Source: Pristiophorus japonicus | Taxonomy: Eukaryota | Direction of reading: 5' to 3' | Length of the DNA stretch: 64,000 bases | Assembly: GCF_044704955.1 (NCBI RefSeq) | Contig: NC_091990.1 | Span: forward strand, 176,700,001-176,764,000 | Shown: one piece after another, positions 63,720-64,000 of the stretch | Layout: every line of letters starts with the position of its first letter | Numbering within the stretch: position 1 is the stretch's first letter | Position numbers and translations under genes: made by a program | The notes under the pieces: model-generated | The model's database searches: none | What the model was told of the DNA's origin: nothing | What the model saw: the letters and a program-made list of their open reading frames with translations, nothing else

Positions 63720-64000
63720 TAGAATATTCATGCAGCTGGAATCAACCCGCCATCCAGAGGAACGGAAACGTGGGACACATGCAACATAGAGAACCAACAC
63801 GTCATCGCTGACCCAATAGCAGAGGTCCCTGGCTTCGCCCTCCCAGTGGACAACACTCAATCGAACCCTGCTCCGCATGTGGAAGATGGAGGATGACCTG
63901 AAGTGTGACTGTGGCCATGAGCCCCAGACCGTGGAACATATCACGTCAACCTGCCCTCTAAGACCTCATTTCTTCGCAAAGTATCTCAGGAGGCCATCGA
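63720..64000 (+). mobile_element. LINE 3' fragment (Vingi-like)
   Basis: WTTLNR...CDCGHEPQTVEHITSTCP. Confidence 0.5.

Overview
Vertebrate genomic DNA, very transposon-rich. The CR1/RTE/L2/Penelope/Harbinger-MITE landscape suggests a cartilaginous fish (inference). The minus strand carries two tandem, apparently paralogous Ig-superfamily receptor genes built from phase-1 GT-AG exons. Gene B (5' part only; ATG at 19678) has signal peptide, IgV, IgC1 and TM exons, a B7/B7-H6/tapasin-like ectodomain. Its CpG-island promoter has a perfect IRF/ISRE site and a 7-unit minisatellite of MHC X1-box-like motifs. Gene A (3' part only) has a homologous 117-nt TM exon followed by six Ig C1-set exons and a stop codon. 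Four of those six post-TM domains lack the canonical Ig cysteine pair. Together these imply a type I membrane receptor with a ~690-aa cytoplasmic tail of tandem Ig C1 domains. The full architecture is assembled from two paralogs, because neither gene is complete in the window. The rest is mostly nested retro- and DNA-transposon debris. Exon coordinates were read from splice sites; TE boundaries without a TSD are approximate.
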